This document shows, one piece after another, positions 29,724 to 40,252 of a stretch of 64,000 nucleotides of DNA. This stretch comes from a virus. Its lineage: Duplodnaviria > Caudoviricetes. The position numbers were made by a program, and so were the translations under genes. The stretch is taken from the IMG/VR virus record IMGVR_UViG_3300025362_000477. One strand, 5' to 3'. Within the stretch, counting starts at the first letter, position 1. The number at the start of each line of letters is the position of its first letter. The notes under the pieces are model-generated. The model was not told the DNA's origin. It saw nothing but the letters and a program-made list of their open reading frames with translations, and searched no databases.

Positions 29724-30747
29724 TTAAGTTATAAAATTCTTGTTCCCATATAATTAACACATTATATCCCAATTCTTTCAATGTATCAATTCTTTTCTGA
29801 TCAGATTTCCATATATCAGAAGCTGTCATTTTCATAGTGGGATGATAAGAATCAGAATTCCATTGAAGTGGATTACAATGCCAATAATCTCCAAAAAATT
29901 CAATTATTGTATTGTAATCATCTAAAAAAATATCAACAAAATAAGACAATATTCGTTTAGAATCAGTATATCTTATATGATATTCATCCAATATTTTTAA
30001 AATTTCTTTCTCTGGTTTTGATTGGCTCCCTGATTTCCATATTTGAGATTTAACCATCTTTTCATATCTTTTAGTTCCCTCTTTTTCACCATATTTATCA
30101 ATAAAAAATACTAAATCATGAGTTGAATTTTTCTTCAATATCTCCGCAGCTTCTATTTCCGTATACCCCCGTTTGATCCAATACTGTTTATTGAAATAAC
30201 TATTAGTTCTTAGTTTTGAAATATATTTTAGATATCTTTCACACCCTTTAACATCCCCGTATCGATCAACAAATGAATTTAATGTCTGGGTAGATCTAAA
30301 AGAATGTTTTTTCTTAATATCTTTAATCTCTACATCATCGTATCCATTCAATCTCAATGATGCTTCACTAACTGATAATTTTTTATTTTTTTCTTTATAT
30401 CTCAATAATCCATCATCTTTACCATATTTATCAACATACCATTGAAGAGTACCCCGCTTTTTATAATTTAACAATACTTTATTCCATTTTTTCAATCCTA
30501 TTTCATCGCCAAACTTTCGAATATAATAATCTTTATCAAAACCTTTCAATGGTAATATATCATCTAAAGTATAAGTAGGCGGTAAAAATTGAAGATAAAA
30601 CTCAAAACAAGATGATTTTGGATTTCTATCTGGAAAATTTTTTTGTTTGAATTCTCGCATAGATATCTGCAAATCACATAATTTTTTAAATTTATCTAAT
30701 TCCAATTCAAACTCAGTAATTTTGTTTTTTGCTAGGATTACCTTCAT
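29677..30747 (-). CDS. Vsr-like homing endonuclease between the split-intein halves of nrdJ
   Basis: KYG..EG..RY repeats; YFVDIFLDDYNTIIEFFGDYWHCNP. Confidence 0.8.
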   Translation of the reverse strand: MKVILAKNKITEFELELDKFKKLCDLQISMREFKQKNFPDRNPKSSCFEFYLQFLPPTYTLDDILPLKGFDKDYYIRKFGDEIGLKKWNKVLLNYKKRGTLQWYVDKYGKDDGLLRYKEKNKKLSVSEASLRLNGYDDVEIKDIKKKHSFRSTQTLNSFVDRYGDVKGCERYLKYISKLRTNSYFNKQYWIKRGYTEIEAAEILKKNSTHDLVFFIDKYGEKEGTKRYEKMVKSQIWKSGSQSKPEKEILKILDEYHIRYTDSKRILSYFVDIFLDDYNTIIEFFGDYWHCNPLQWNSDSYHPTMKMTASDIWKSDQKRIDTLKELGYNVLIIWEQEFYNLNDGGFYENYIKTIIE

Positions 30748-30807
30748 AAATTAAACCTCTGTTAAATTAATATAATTATATACTTTTAATTTAATTCATA
30801 TCATAAA

Positions 30808-32538
30808 TCAAAAAGATACTATATCATCACCGACATCCAATTCATCAGCACGCTTCCATAATCCATTAGTTAATTTAAACTTATGATTAGGAGTACATGT
30901 ATATATTGATCCATCTTCAAATGGAATATTGTACACATCAGATTCACCATTAACATATAATTTTGTAACCTTTTCCAATTCATCATTCTCATTATAAATA
31001 TATAATGGATATTTCAAATCTAACCATATATCTGATTGATTTTCATAATCCTTTAAATCATAACCCTGTTCATTAAATATGAGTTCTAAACTCTTATCAC
31101 CATCAATAGTTCTAACTTCACTATCTATAGAAAGACATCCCGCTGGTTTAACGCAAGTTGCTCTAGCACATTTATTAATCCCAAGAATAGCAGATATCCG
31201 CTCATTCTCAGATAATATTAATTTAGCTCCTTGTCTTTGTAATTTAGGATCAAATGCAATTTCAGGAACATCGGACATACCAGTCATTGATACACCAAGT
31301 AAAGCTTCTTTCTCTGCAATAAGATGACTCACCTCACCAAGATAATCAAATTGAGTATATTTAGCTTGAATAGTGCCAAGAATAGCTCCTGCCTTACACG
31401 CTTCTAAAAATCGTTCTGGACTAGTAGCTTTTTTAAGATTAATTTCACATAAGTTACAAAATTGCCATCCAGATAGAATATCATTATTACCCTGAATTCT
31501 AATTTCATCAGCAAATTTCACTCTAAGTTCATCTGTCAAATCAAGTTTAGCAAACATACCAATTTCAACACATGGATTATATAAAGCATCAACATTATCA
31601 GCCCACACAAATCCAGGTTCACCAAATTCTTTAACTCTATGCATCAATTTTGAAAATGTTTCTCTATCAGTACCATTTCTAATTAGAACAGCTGAATTAT
31701 TAGATCTAGCTCTATGTTTAAATTCTTTTCTCCATGATCCAGTCTTTGAATCTGCCATTTCATCATCTTCTGGTGAGAATAAACAAATGGTTGCACTACG
31801 TCTAATACCTCCTGATAATACTGCTTCTGAAGAATGCATTATAATATCATAAGCATTAATTGGCTTCAGTTTATCTTGATGTTTAGAACATATATCCATT
31901 AAATGAGCAATAGCATCTAAAGATTCATGCAATTTATCTGGACCCGGAGCCTTAGCCCCTGACGATAACGGTGAACCTTTTGGTCTAATTTCACTATAAT
32001 CAAAATTAACTTTTTTACCAAAATATTCTGGAAATGGAGAATTTGCATCAACAAAATAAGATGAAAGTAAAACCCCAAGAGCATCAGCCCATCCTTCGAT
32101 AGTGTCAGGAATAGTATATGTTATTTCATCTTCTTGATTGATTGACCTAATACCCGGAAGTTTATTTACATGACAGTATTGTACTGAAAATCCTACTCCA
32201 CAACCACATAAAAGTAACCACATTGATTCTTGAAAGAATCTAGGACGATCACAATATGAAACAGTACAATTATATAACCTAGCATTCTTTTTCAAAATAG
32301 GATCACCACCAAATTGAAGTGCTCGTTGAGAACCAAGTACTCTTTTTTGCATAACCATTTTTTTAGCAAATGCAAAATCATCTTTAATATTATGAATCAT
32401 ATCAGAACCAAGATACTCTTCATGCATATTAAATACTCTATCTACTTGTTCTTGCCAAGTTTCACGTCGATGTAATTCTGGACAATATCTCGCATATCGA
32501 GCAAATCGAGTATATTCCTGTAAAGCTGTAATAGACAT
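30808..32538 (-). CDS. nrdJ: class II ribonucleotide reductase, N-terminal part ending in a 109-aa N-intein
   Basis: LGSQRALQFGG, NCT, GGIRRSA, NPCVEI, FCNLCEIN, TCVKPAG|CLSIDSEV...CTPNHKF...RADEL.VGD. Confidence 0.93.
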   Translation of the reverse strand: MSITALQEYTRFARYARYCPELHRRETWQEQVDRVFNMHEEYLGSDMIHNIKDDFAFAKKMVMQKRVLGSQRALQFGGDPILKKNARLYNCTVSYCDRPRFFQESMWLLLCGCGVGFSVQYCHVNKLPGIRSINQEDEITYTIPDTIEGWADALGVLLSSYFVDANSPFPEYFGKKVNFDYSEIRPKGSPLSSGAKAPGPDKLHESLDAIAHLMDICSKHQDKLKPINAYDIIMHSSEAVLSGGIRRSATICLFSPEDDEMADSKTGSWRKEFKHRARSNNSAVLIRNGTDRETFSKLMHRVKEFGEPGFVWADNVDALYNPCVEIGMFAKLDLTDELRVKFADEIRIQGNNDILSGWQFCNLCEINLKKATSPERFLEACKAGAILGTIQAKYTQFDYLGEVSHLIAEKEALLGVSMTGMSDVPEIAFDPKLQRQGAKLILSENERISAILGINKCARATCVKPAGCLSIDSEVRTIDGDKSLELIFNEQGYDLKDYENQSDIWLDLKYPLYIYNENDELEKVTKLYVNGESDVYNIPFEDGSIYTCTPNHKFKLTNGLWKRADELDVGDDIVSF

Positions 32539-32559
32539 ATATATTTTCCCTTCATTAAA

Positions 32560-32943
32560 TCATGGTTGTTTCTGGAATTTAGCTAATTTTTGAGCTGCTG
32601 CTGATAAATTCGTTTCTTTTTTTCTTTTTTCGATAGTAGATACATTCATAGTCATACCATCTATATTGACAGTAGGTATGAATGGTCTCGATGATAGTTC
32701 AGCCACCTCTTTTTTCTCACCATTTTCCCGATAAGTCGGATGGTGATCTTTTAATTCTTTAAGGGCGTTAGTCATATTACTCATCGCAGATCTCATTTCA
32801 AAGGTCAAAGAATCAATTTTTTCATTTAAATCCTTCTGTTCCTTTCTGAGAGAAATATTTTTTTCAAGTAATGAAGACTGTTCTCTCATATTCATTAAGA
32901 ACCTCTTTGAATTTCTTTGTATCCACAGTAAGCTATTCCACAT
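32560..32943 (-). CDS. hypothetical coiled-coil protein
   Basis: Co-oriented ORF; start uncertain. Confidence 0.5.
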   Translation of the reverse strand: MWNSLLWIQRNSKRFLMNMREQSSLLEKNISLRKEQKDLNEKIDSLTFEMRSAMSNMTNALKELKDHHPTYRENGEKKEVAELSSRPFIPTVNIDGMTMNVSTIEKRKKETNLSAAAQKLAKFQKQP

Positions 32944-33650
32944 GCGTCACTTATATCCTCTGTAAAACCTGTTTGAGCTGCAATATCGTTTTTAACATTA
33001 TTCATTTTTTTATCAAATGCCTTTTGTGATAACTTCATATTTTCTTTTTCTAATTTAATAGATATATCTAATTCTTTAATTCGCTCTCTTGTAGCTAAAC
33101 CATTGAAAACATCTAATTTATTTCTCTTTCTATTTAATGCAGCTTTACACTTATTGATTTCAACTCTACTAGATTTTATATATTGTTTCAAATCATCGAT
33201 TCGTTGCAAATCTATATTAACTTGAACTTTGATATTATCAAAATTACCAGTTATGGGAATATTATAATGTTTAATTACAGCCAATTGAGTTTGCCATTTT
33301 TTTGCATTACCCATTAAACCTTCAAATGAATGACATTTCCAATAACATGGTTCATATAATTTAACTCTCTCCTGTAATATGGTAAATGTAGTATTTATTG
33401 CAACTCCATTCAATCTAGCCAGAAATGCTAAAGTCTTAGCACCTGAAATTCCTAATATAACATCCTCTATAAAACAATAATCGGGATGCAACCGAGTCAC
33501 TAAATTTTTTAACTCCAAATGAAAATAATGTAACTTCTGTGGTAAAGACATACCTGATATTAATCGAATAGTACCGCGATCAATCAACACATCATCTTCT
33601 AAATATACCCACCCAGTAGCCGTAGCAATATCCAATCCTAAATATTTCAT
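32895..33650 (-). CDS. RuvC-like Holliday junction resolvase with an internal coiled-coil insertion
   Basis: YLGLDIATATGW, FIEDV, EDISDACGIA acidic catalytic pattern. Confidence 0.78.
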   Translation of the reverse strand: MKYLGLDIATATGWVYLEDDVLIDRGTIRLISGMSLPQKLHYFHLELKNLVTRLHPDYCFIEDVILGISGAKTLAFLARLNGVAINTTFTILQERVKLYEPCYWKCHSFEGLMGNAKKWQTQLAVIKHYNIPITGNFDNIKVQVNIDLQRIDDLKQYIKSSRVEINKCKAALNRKRNKLDVFNGLATRERIKELDISIKLEKENMKLSQKAFDKKMNNVKNDIAAQTGFTEDISDACGIAYCGYKEIQRGS

Positions 33651-33663
33651 AAACTATTTCCTA

Positions 33664-34128
33664 TTAATGAACGTCCAATACTTTTAAACAAAAAGATGGA
33701 ATTACACCATCAGAACATTCAATAGCAGTCCGAGGTAAAGAATTTAAATCATCCTCATTAGCAATCATAGATGATAATTTTTTAGAGTATTTAACTAATA
33801 TCTTTTCAATATCAAACTCATCTAATGTACCCTTTTCCCATTCAAAATTAACCGGTTTAATAATAACCTTCTGATCTTTAATCTTTGATAATTTAGATGC
33901 AGATATTTTAACAGGAGTATGACTTTCCAAATATCCAGAATATTTATTTGGAGGTATCCTAGTAAAAAATGCAGTTATAGATCCTTCTTCTCCACATGAA
34001 AGACCATTTTCCTTAATATCTTCTATTTCATCATTTGATATATAAGCATAAAGATATGGTTTTATTATAAGCATATCAATATTTGGATCACCTAGTACAA
34101 TTTCTGAAATTATTTTATATCCGTTCAT
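33664..34128 (-). CDS. hypothetical protein
   Basis: Co-oriented ORF with RBS. Confidence 0.65.
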   Translation of the reverse strand: MNGYKIISEIVLGDPNIDMLIIKPYLYAYISNDEIEDIKENGLSCGEEGSITAFFTRIPPNKYSGYLESHTPVKISASKLSKIKDQKVIIKPVNFEWEKGTLDEFDIEKILVKYSKKLSSMIANEDDLNSLPRTAIECSDGVIPSFCLKVLDVH

Positions 34129-35137
34129 TATTAATTACCTCTTTAAATTTTTGTATAATAGGTTCTGAATCAGATAACCATTCAGATTCTTTGATTCTAA
34201 AAACTATATAACCTAAATCATTATAAATTTCATTCTTTTTTTTATCATGTAATATGGCCCATGGTTTTCTATGATATGATTCATCAATTTCAATTATTAA
34301 ATCTAAATGTTCAACTAAACCATCAGGATAAAATCCACCTATAATCTGATTTCTCAAAATATTATTTTGCACAATAAACTGTAACTGCTCTATTATGATG
34401 TCTTCATTCAATCCTTTACCAGGAAATCCAAATATGTTAAATCTTGCGAAATTTTTACGAGCAATATCTTTACATTTATCTGTTTTAGAATAATTATCAA
34501 CACCATATTTTTTAAGACATGATTTTTCAATTTTCAATCTAATAATATCTGAACCAAATCCAACTCCACCATATTTTTTTACACATGATAATTTTTGTTT
34601 TAATTTAACCTCTTCTGATTGATTCGGACTGGATGTACCATAATTTTCAAGTGATGTTTTTTTACTTTTATTCTGAATTATTTTAGATTGTAACGGACAC
34701 TCTACACCCCAATTCTTTATAGATGTCTTAATTTTTTTATGTTTTACAATAATTGATTGAGATGGGTTGTCTACTCCATATCGTTTATTACATGTTATTC
34801 TATTTTTTAACAAACATTCTTTGGATCTACATTGACATTTTCTACTACAGTAATCATAATACCCATACCGATAACCTTTAAAATTAGTCAAAGATCCGCA
34901 CGTCAAACATATTCCATCGTTTTTTGTTTTTATAAATTTATCATAATAATCTTTCATTCTAAATTTATGACATTGAAATAAATGTGCCGCAAATCCCCTA
35001 AGATCATTTATTTCATATTCATCACATATTTTACATTTATCCATGATCAAACACCACATTAGGAATAGCTGATCTTTCAAATTTCTCGATAGTTCTATCA
35101 TAAATCTCTTTCCCATCTTGATATAGCATATCACCAT
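34115..35137 (-). CDS. free-standing putative homing endonuclease (family of 258..1412)
   Basis: CKIC...H...H, YGVDNPS repeats, FYPDGLVEHLDLIIEIDESYH. Likely start 35044. Confidence 0.8.
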   Translation of the reverse strand: MVICYIKMGKRFMIELSRNLKDQLFLMWCLIMDKCKICDEYEINDLRGFAAHLFQCHKFRMKDYYDKFIKTKNDGICLTCGSLTNFKGYRYGYYDYCSRKCQCRSKECLLKNRITCNKRYGVDNPSQSIIVKHKKIKTSIKNWGVECPLQSKIIQNKSKKTSLENYGTSSPNQSEEVKLKQKLSCVKKYGGVGFGSDIIRLKIEKSCLKKYGVDNYSKTDKCKDIARKNFARFNIFGFPGKGLNEDIIIEQLQFIVQNNILRNQIIGGFYPDGLVEHLDLIIEIDESYHRKPWAILHDKKKNEIYNDLGYIVFRIKESEWLSDSEPIIQKFKEVINNERI

Positions 35138-35747
35138 TTAAAGGTATTTCCCCAAATGGAGTTTGAGTAGTACTATACTTTGATCTGAGTCTCCCGAGCA
35201 TCATAAAGAACATGCCTAAGCACAGGTCAATAAAATTATCTTCCATTTCTGGATTTATAGATGATAATTCCGGATCATGAGATCTCTCATATTCTACAGT
35301 AGCTTTACCATGGAACTTTGGAGTTATGCGCAGACAATTCGGTGGAATAAACTCATGGCAGTATTTATAATTAGAAAACGGGGCTAATAAATTTGAATTA
35401 AATACACTTAAGTGCCATTCTGGTACTTCACTCGCTGACCAAGGACCCAAAAATGGATGACCATTCATAATAGTTGGAGATAAAGTTGGAATTACATCTA
35501 TTACCGTTTTTATTTCCCTCTCATCTGGATCTATTAAGTAAAACTCAGAAGAACGACCAGGAACTTTAAATGTATTATCGGCACAATCAAGAGTCAATCT
35601 CCATTTTTGAGGATAATAAAATGTAAATTTTCTTAAAGCATTTCTCTTTAAATAATCTATAATCTGTTCATCACTCTTTTCTAGCATCTGAAACGGTAAA
35701 GATAATTCTTCTCTTACACGTTCTACGATAAAACCCCATGATAACAT
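35037..35747 (-). CDS. neck/head-completion protein, T4 gp13-like
   Basis: LGRLRSKY...PFGEIPLNGDMLYQDG motif. Confidence 0.75.
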   Translation of the reverse strand: MLSWGFIVERVREELSLPFQMLEKSDEQIIDYLKRNALRKFTFYYPQKWRLTLDCADNTFKVPGRSSEFYLIDPDEREIKTVIDVIPTLSPTIMNGHPFLGPWSASEVPEWHLSVFNSNLLAPFSNYKYCHEFIPPNCLRITPKFHGKATVEYERSHDPELSSINPEMEDNFIDLCLGMFFMMLGRLRSKYSTTQTPFGEIPLNGDMLYQDGKEIYDRTIEKFERSAIPNVVFDHG

Positions 35748-35764
35748 AATTAAATCCTTTTTAC

Positions 35765-35772
35765 ATTTGTTC
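35765..35772 (-). promoter_or_regulatory. recurrent upstream motif GAACAAAT (representative copy)
   Basis: Copies 5-40 nt upstream of starts at 17835, 22683, 26392 (variant), 35765 and 48910. Confidence 0.4.
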
Positions 35773-35800
35773 TAATCTGATAAAAATATCGATGATATTA

Positions 35801-36388
35801 TTATATATCTTTTTGAAGATATGTTTTTGCAAGATCAGCAAATACATTAGGAGCATGATCATTTAGAATATCCAAACACTTAGTCATAGCATATCTGATT
35901 TCCCATTGTGCATGTTTATCACATCTCACTGCAAATATAGATCTCCATTCTCTAAAATTACAAGTAGTAACAATCTCAGAACAGCATGCATTTGGTAATA
36001 CAAATCGAGCATCTTCTTTTTTAACACCCCTAATAATCCATTCATTATACATTGATTGTATGGTTTTCATATGTGAATCATATAACGCCTGATGTTTCTT
36101 TATAGCTGGAGGAGTAACATAATCAAATTGATCTTCTGATACATATCTCTGACTCTTCTGGTTAAACGAACATAGACGATGCCTAACTAGTTGATGTGTC
36201 ATTACTCTGGATACACCACTAAATTTAAAAGTAGCATATGCATGTTCTAAAGCAGAATGATGTCCATTTTTAATAAGAGCACCTATTAACTTTCCATCAC
36301 CTTTATATTGACTTTGATAACATGTACGTGCAGCTAACTCAATAGCAGCTTCAGCATCAGGTGTTATTGAATTTAAATGTATATTCAT
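35801..36388 (-). CDS. thyX: flavin-dependent thymidylate synthase
   Basis: GHHSALEH, SRVMTHQLVRHRLCSFNQKSQRY, EDARFVLP, HAQWEIR. Confidence 0.96.
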   Translation of the reverse strand: MNIHLNSITPDAEAAIELAARTCYQSQYKGDGKLIGALIKNGHHSALEHAYATFKFSGVSRVMTHQLVRHRLCSFNQKSQRYVSEDQFDYVTPPAIKKHQALYDSHMKTIQSMYNEWIIRGVKKEDARFVLPNACCSEIVTTCNFREWRSIFAVRCDKHAQWEIRYAMTKCLDILNDHAPNVFADLAKTYLQKDI

Positions 36389-36452
36389 TACCTATTCTCC
36401 TTCCTTTTAACTAATTTTAATCAACACATAAAACCTTTATTTTCTTTTTCCA

Positions 36453-37616
36453 TCATATATCTCCAAATAAATTTAATAGAGTAGCTTCGCTTATAATATC
36501 ACTCTGACCAGCCTTAGCCAATGCGTTATGTAATACTCCAGCTTGATTACACTTGTTTGTATTATGTACAGTATCTGTAATTTTCTTCTTTTTAGCAAAT
36601 ACTTCTGTTGGATAATCACCATTAACATAATCAGATAACAATTTATATGATGCTAACTTTAAATTTCTGATAATGATATCTTCTGCAGCTATAATCTTAT
36701 TCAAAGCTTTATTAGATGTTGCATATGATTTAGAGAATATTGATAATCCTTTTGATATATTATCATATACTTTATCCATTGAATTACCACACATTGTTTT
36801 AACATATCCAAAAGTTTTTTGTAATGCAACTGGTCCAACTCCAGTAACGCCTTTAAACCCATCTCCATCATCTCCAATAATTGATAATACTAATGGGAAC
36901 CATAACCCTTGATCCTCAGTTTCTAAATCCTTTTTTAACCAGTGAGTATATATATCATCTTGGGATATCATTTTTACACTTTTGTAGTGTTTATAAAATT
37001 GATATATGTTAGAAGCATCCAAACATTGAAGCATATCTTTATCAGTACTATAAACTATATTTACAGCAGATTCAACATCTTCTTTAGGTAATGCATGTTT
37101 CATTAAATACCAAGGAACAAAATCAGCTTCCATTCTATCCAATCTAATAAAAGAAACTCCTGGTATTTTATTAGCTACCTTTTCGGCCACTATATAATTT
37201 TTACTTAAAATAGTAAAATAAAAATCCTTCTTCTCCATATCTAATCCGAAAAAATCACCTGATTGTCGATTTGATTTATAACCATCATAAACATCCAAAT
37301 GATATTTAGATTTACCAGTTTCCATAAACATATACATATGTAAATCAATTTGTCTCTTCTTTGCATACATTTTATGAAACCCAATAAAATCCATTATAGC
37401 TGAAAAAAGAGATGTGTCGATTGACCGAGATCCTTGACTCTGAAACAAAATTTGTTTAACAGCCCATTCTTGAAACAATGCTTGTCCGCATCCTTTAACA
37501 TCAATATATAAATTAACTCGCCGCCTACCAGATAGAGATATAACATTATCAAGATACTCGTATTTTGGATAATATGAAAACATTTGAGATGTACTAGAAT
37601 TCCATTGCTCATTCAT
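36453..37616 (-). CDS. 5'-3' exonuclease / flap endonuclease (T4 RNase H-like)
   Basis: EADF, STDKDMLQ, IIGDDGDGFKGVTGVG (helix-3-turn-helix) motifs. Confidence 0.85.
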   Translation of the reverse strand: MNEQWNSSTSQMFSYYPKYEYLDNVISLSGRRRVNLYIDVKGCGQALFQEWAVKQILFQSQGSRSIDTSLFSAIMDFIGFHKMYAKKRQIDLHMYMFMETGKSKYHLDVYDGYKSNRQSGDFFGLDMEKKDFYFTILSKNYIVAEKVANKIPGVSFIRLDRMEADFVPWYLMKHALPKEDVESAVNIVYSTDKDMLQCLDASNIYQFYKHYKSVKMISQDDIYTHWLKKDLETEDQGLWFPLVLSIIGDDGDGFKGVTGVGPVALQKTFGYVKTMCGNSMDKVYDNISKGLSIFSKSYATSNKALNKIIAAEDIIIRNLKLASYKLLSDYVNGDYPTEVFAKKKKITDTVHNTNKCNQAGVLHNALAKAGQSDIISEATLLNLFGDI

Positions 37617-37659
37617 ATAACAGATAACTCCTTTTTAATTTATTCTATAAACTAAAATG

Positions 37660-39606
37660 TTATACATAATAAAAAAATTGAACCATTTCTCCAATAATTG
37701 GTTTTATTTTTAATGTTATTGTATTAGCATCTATATCTATTTCATAATCATCACCATAATTCAATTTTCCACCATATGAAACAACAATAATATTTTCATG
37801 TCTATCTATTGGTTCAGCTATATCAATTACTATATTATCTTCTATACGATCAATATCACCTTGAGTAAACTCATACATTGCAACTAATTTAGATTCTTTA
37901 ATAACTAATAACTCTCCGCCGATATAAATTGAAGATCCTCTAGCTGGAGCTGAAATAAAATTCAATTGATTATTATTAATGACACTATAATCAATATCCT
38001 GTATTTGTAAAACATCATTTACATAGATCAATAACCCTTCAGTATTTTTATCATCCAATATATATCCCATAGGAAATTGAGTTTTAAGACCATCAGTATA
38101 ATCACACACAAGTCTCTTAGACATATGATTAACATGTTCAGTTGCCTTTTGCATAGGTAAATCATATGGAAATAAACCATCTTTAGCAACTACCATAGCT
38201 TCCTTATATGCATCCGGATCAACCTCTTTAATATCAAGTAAAGCATCAAAATTAGAAGCAGCATCATTTGAATTAACTTCTATTACTGTTAATTCTCCAT
38301 CATATATTTTACGGCGACGAGTATCCAATGTAACACATTCATCAACCTTTGATAATACTAATGATTTCTCTTCATTTGTTAAATTACATATACATGGTTT
38401 CTTCATAATTTCACATTTAGAATAAAATTCATCTGATCCAGTATCATTAATACTGATAGCAGCACATGCTTTTCTAAGATATGGTAAATAATCTTTTTTA
38501 TAAGAATCTATCACAATGATATTATCTCTTTTCACTTTATTTTTTGGATCAGAAATAAACTCATCATTTATATATAAAAGAACACCACTACTAATATGAG
38601 ACCATACTTGTAATTTAATTGGATACACTAAAGAATTTTCAGAAAAATCAATCAATAAATTATCTCGTTCCTCGATATCATTTTCTATCCGATAAAAATT
38701 AAATCCATTTTCAAAAAATTTATCATAAACTTTAGTATCTTTTAATGCAGATATAATTTTATAAGGAGATATCATTGGATATTTAGTATGAGTAGAACCC
38801 ATAGATAAATTCAATGTTAAAGTTGGATCAATATGTTCTGATAATACAATATATGTTGGGAGATTAACTTCATACCCAAATGATGCCGTTAATTTATGTT
38901 CAGATACATTATCCCCACCATGTTTAGTAGAATTATCAGAAAATGATTCAAGTCTCCACATTGGATGGAGGTTTAATGGAATAACTCTCTTATGTTTATT
39001 AATAGTCTGAATATGCATTACTTCTGATAATGTATTTCCCCAATCAATCTGTTCACCATCTTCTTTTTCATATTCTGCTATTGATTCTGGTAGCATTAAA
39101 TAAGTCCAAAAAATATCTGGACGACACCATCTATTAAAACCACCACAAAATTGAAGTAAAGCAACTCTAAAATCCATGATTTCATAAATAGATGATAACC
39201 AAAAAGTAACTTCAAAAGTCCCCTGGTATCTAGAATGAACAGGAGTTACTATTATATCCTGTTCCTTTAAATCAATACTAGGCCACAATCTAAGACCCAT
39301 AGCTGGAGCATACCTAGAATGTTGCCATAAAAACTTTCCGGCATGTTCAGCATTAGAAAAATCAATCATCGGATCTAAAGTTATACTTGGTAATATATTA
39401 GAAGTGATCTCAGTACCATGAATCTTTTTCTTTTTGAAGAATTCAATTGCCTTATCAAATGAGCCAATAACTTTATAATTAAATCGGGGATAGAATTCTT
39501 CATCAAACCAATTAAGAATCCCATTGAAAAAAGAACCAAAAACATTATGGATAAAAAATGTATTAGTTACTTGATGCTCTCTGCTTCTTTTATCATACCC
39601 AGGCAT
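37660..39606 (-). CDS. tail terminator/sheath stabiliser-like N-domain fused to virion beta-domains
   Basis: LPSITLD...YQGTFEVTFW pattern; C-terminal IYVNDVLQ...DYSVINNNQLNFISAP module. Confidence 0.5.
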   Translation of the reverse strand: MPGYDKRSREHQVTNTFFIHNVFGSFFNGILNWFDEEFYPRFNYKVIGSFDKAIEFFKKKKIHGTEITSNILPSITLDPMIDFSNAEHAGKFLWQHSRYAPAMGLRLWPSIDLKEQDIIVTPVHSRYQGTFEVTFWLSSIYEIMDFRVALLQFCGGFNRWCRPDIFWTYLMLPESIAEYEKEDGEQIDWGNTLSEVMHIQTINKHKRVIPLNLHPMWRLESFSDNSTKHGGDNVSEHKLTASFGYEVNLPTYIVLSEHIDPTLTLNLSMGSTHTKYPMISPYKIISALKDTKVYDKFFENGFNFYRIENDIEERDNLLIDFSENSLVYPIKLQVWSHISSGVLLYINDEFISDPKNKVKRDNIIVIDSYKKDYLPYLRKACAAISINDTGSDEFYSKCEIMKKPCICNLTNEEKSLVLSKVDECVTLDTRRRKIYDGELTVIEVNSNDAASNFDALLDIKEVDPDAYKEAMVVAKDGLFPYDLPMQKATEHVNHMSKRLVCDYTDGLKTQFPMGYILDDKNTEGLLIYVNDVLQIQDIDYSVINNNQLNFISAPARGSSIYIGGELLVIKESKLVAMYEFTQGDIDRIEDNIVIDIAEPIDRHENIIVVSYGGKLNYGDDYEIDIDANTITLKIKPIIGEMVQFFYYV

Positions 39607-39608
39607 AT

Positions 39609-40238
39609 TTATATCTCCAAATCTCTTTTTATATTTTTTCTAGATTTAAACACATTTGACATAACAGAATCAACATCAGAACTCTCAACAATATATTGTC
39701 TATTAGAAGATTCAATTATATCTGCCATATCTTCATATGTTTCATTAGAACATAACTGTATCGCAGATGTCCTAACAATTTTCTTCTCTAAAACAACATC
39801 TATATGTTGCCGTTCAGCTAAACAATATATAAAATCATTCCCAAAATCAGTATATCGAAAACAATAAATAAATAAACAGCTTTCATAAATCCCTTTTCGA
39901 GTTTGTATTTTTGCAAGTTTCACTGTTTCATTTGTTTCATAATGAATATGAGAACGAAAGGCAGGGAGAATATTACAAAACTGCTGTTTAATATCAAGAT
40001 TTTTTGATCTAACATTTTTAATATCTAAAAAACTAGTAGCAAATCCAGATTTACTAAGATCTTGATATATAGTACTATGTAATTCATTATTGCGAGATTT
40101 AATATAATTAGTGTGATCCAAATTGAATCCAATGAATGAATTAAATTTATTAAAAACAATATCAATATCACAAGAAGAATCCATGAATGGGATATGTATA
40201 GAATACAATCTGTTAATTTTATTACCTAGTGAAAACAT
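39609..40238 (-). CDS. hypothetical protein
   Basis: Co-oriented ORF. Confidence 0.65.
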   Translation of the reverse strand: MFSLGNKINRLYSIHIPFMDSSCDIDIVFNKFNSFIGFNLDHTNYIKSRNNELHSTIYQDLSKSGFATSFLDIKNVRSKNLDIKQQFCNILPAFRSHIHYETNETVKLAKIQTRKGIYESCLFIYCFRYTDFGNDFIYCLAERQHIDVVLEKKIVRTSAIQLCSNETYEDMADIIESSNRQYIVESSDVDSVMSNVFKSRKNIKRDLEI

Positions 40239-40252
40239 ATATAATCCCCTTA

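Noticed and set aside
28590-32538. nrdJ and clamp-loader fragments as pseudogenes or group I intron interruptions
   Set aside because: Both breaks have intein N-start Cys, C-end HN-Thr and separate RBS/ATG; I saw no group I core elements, though no covariance search was run.
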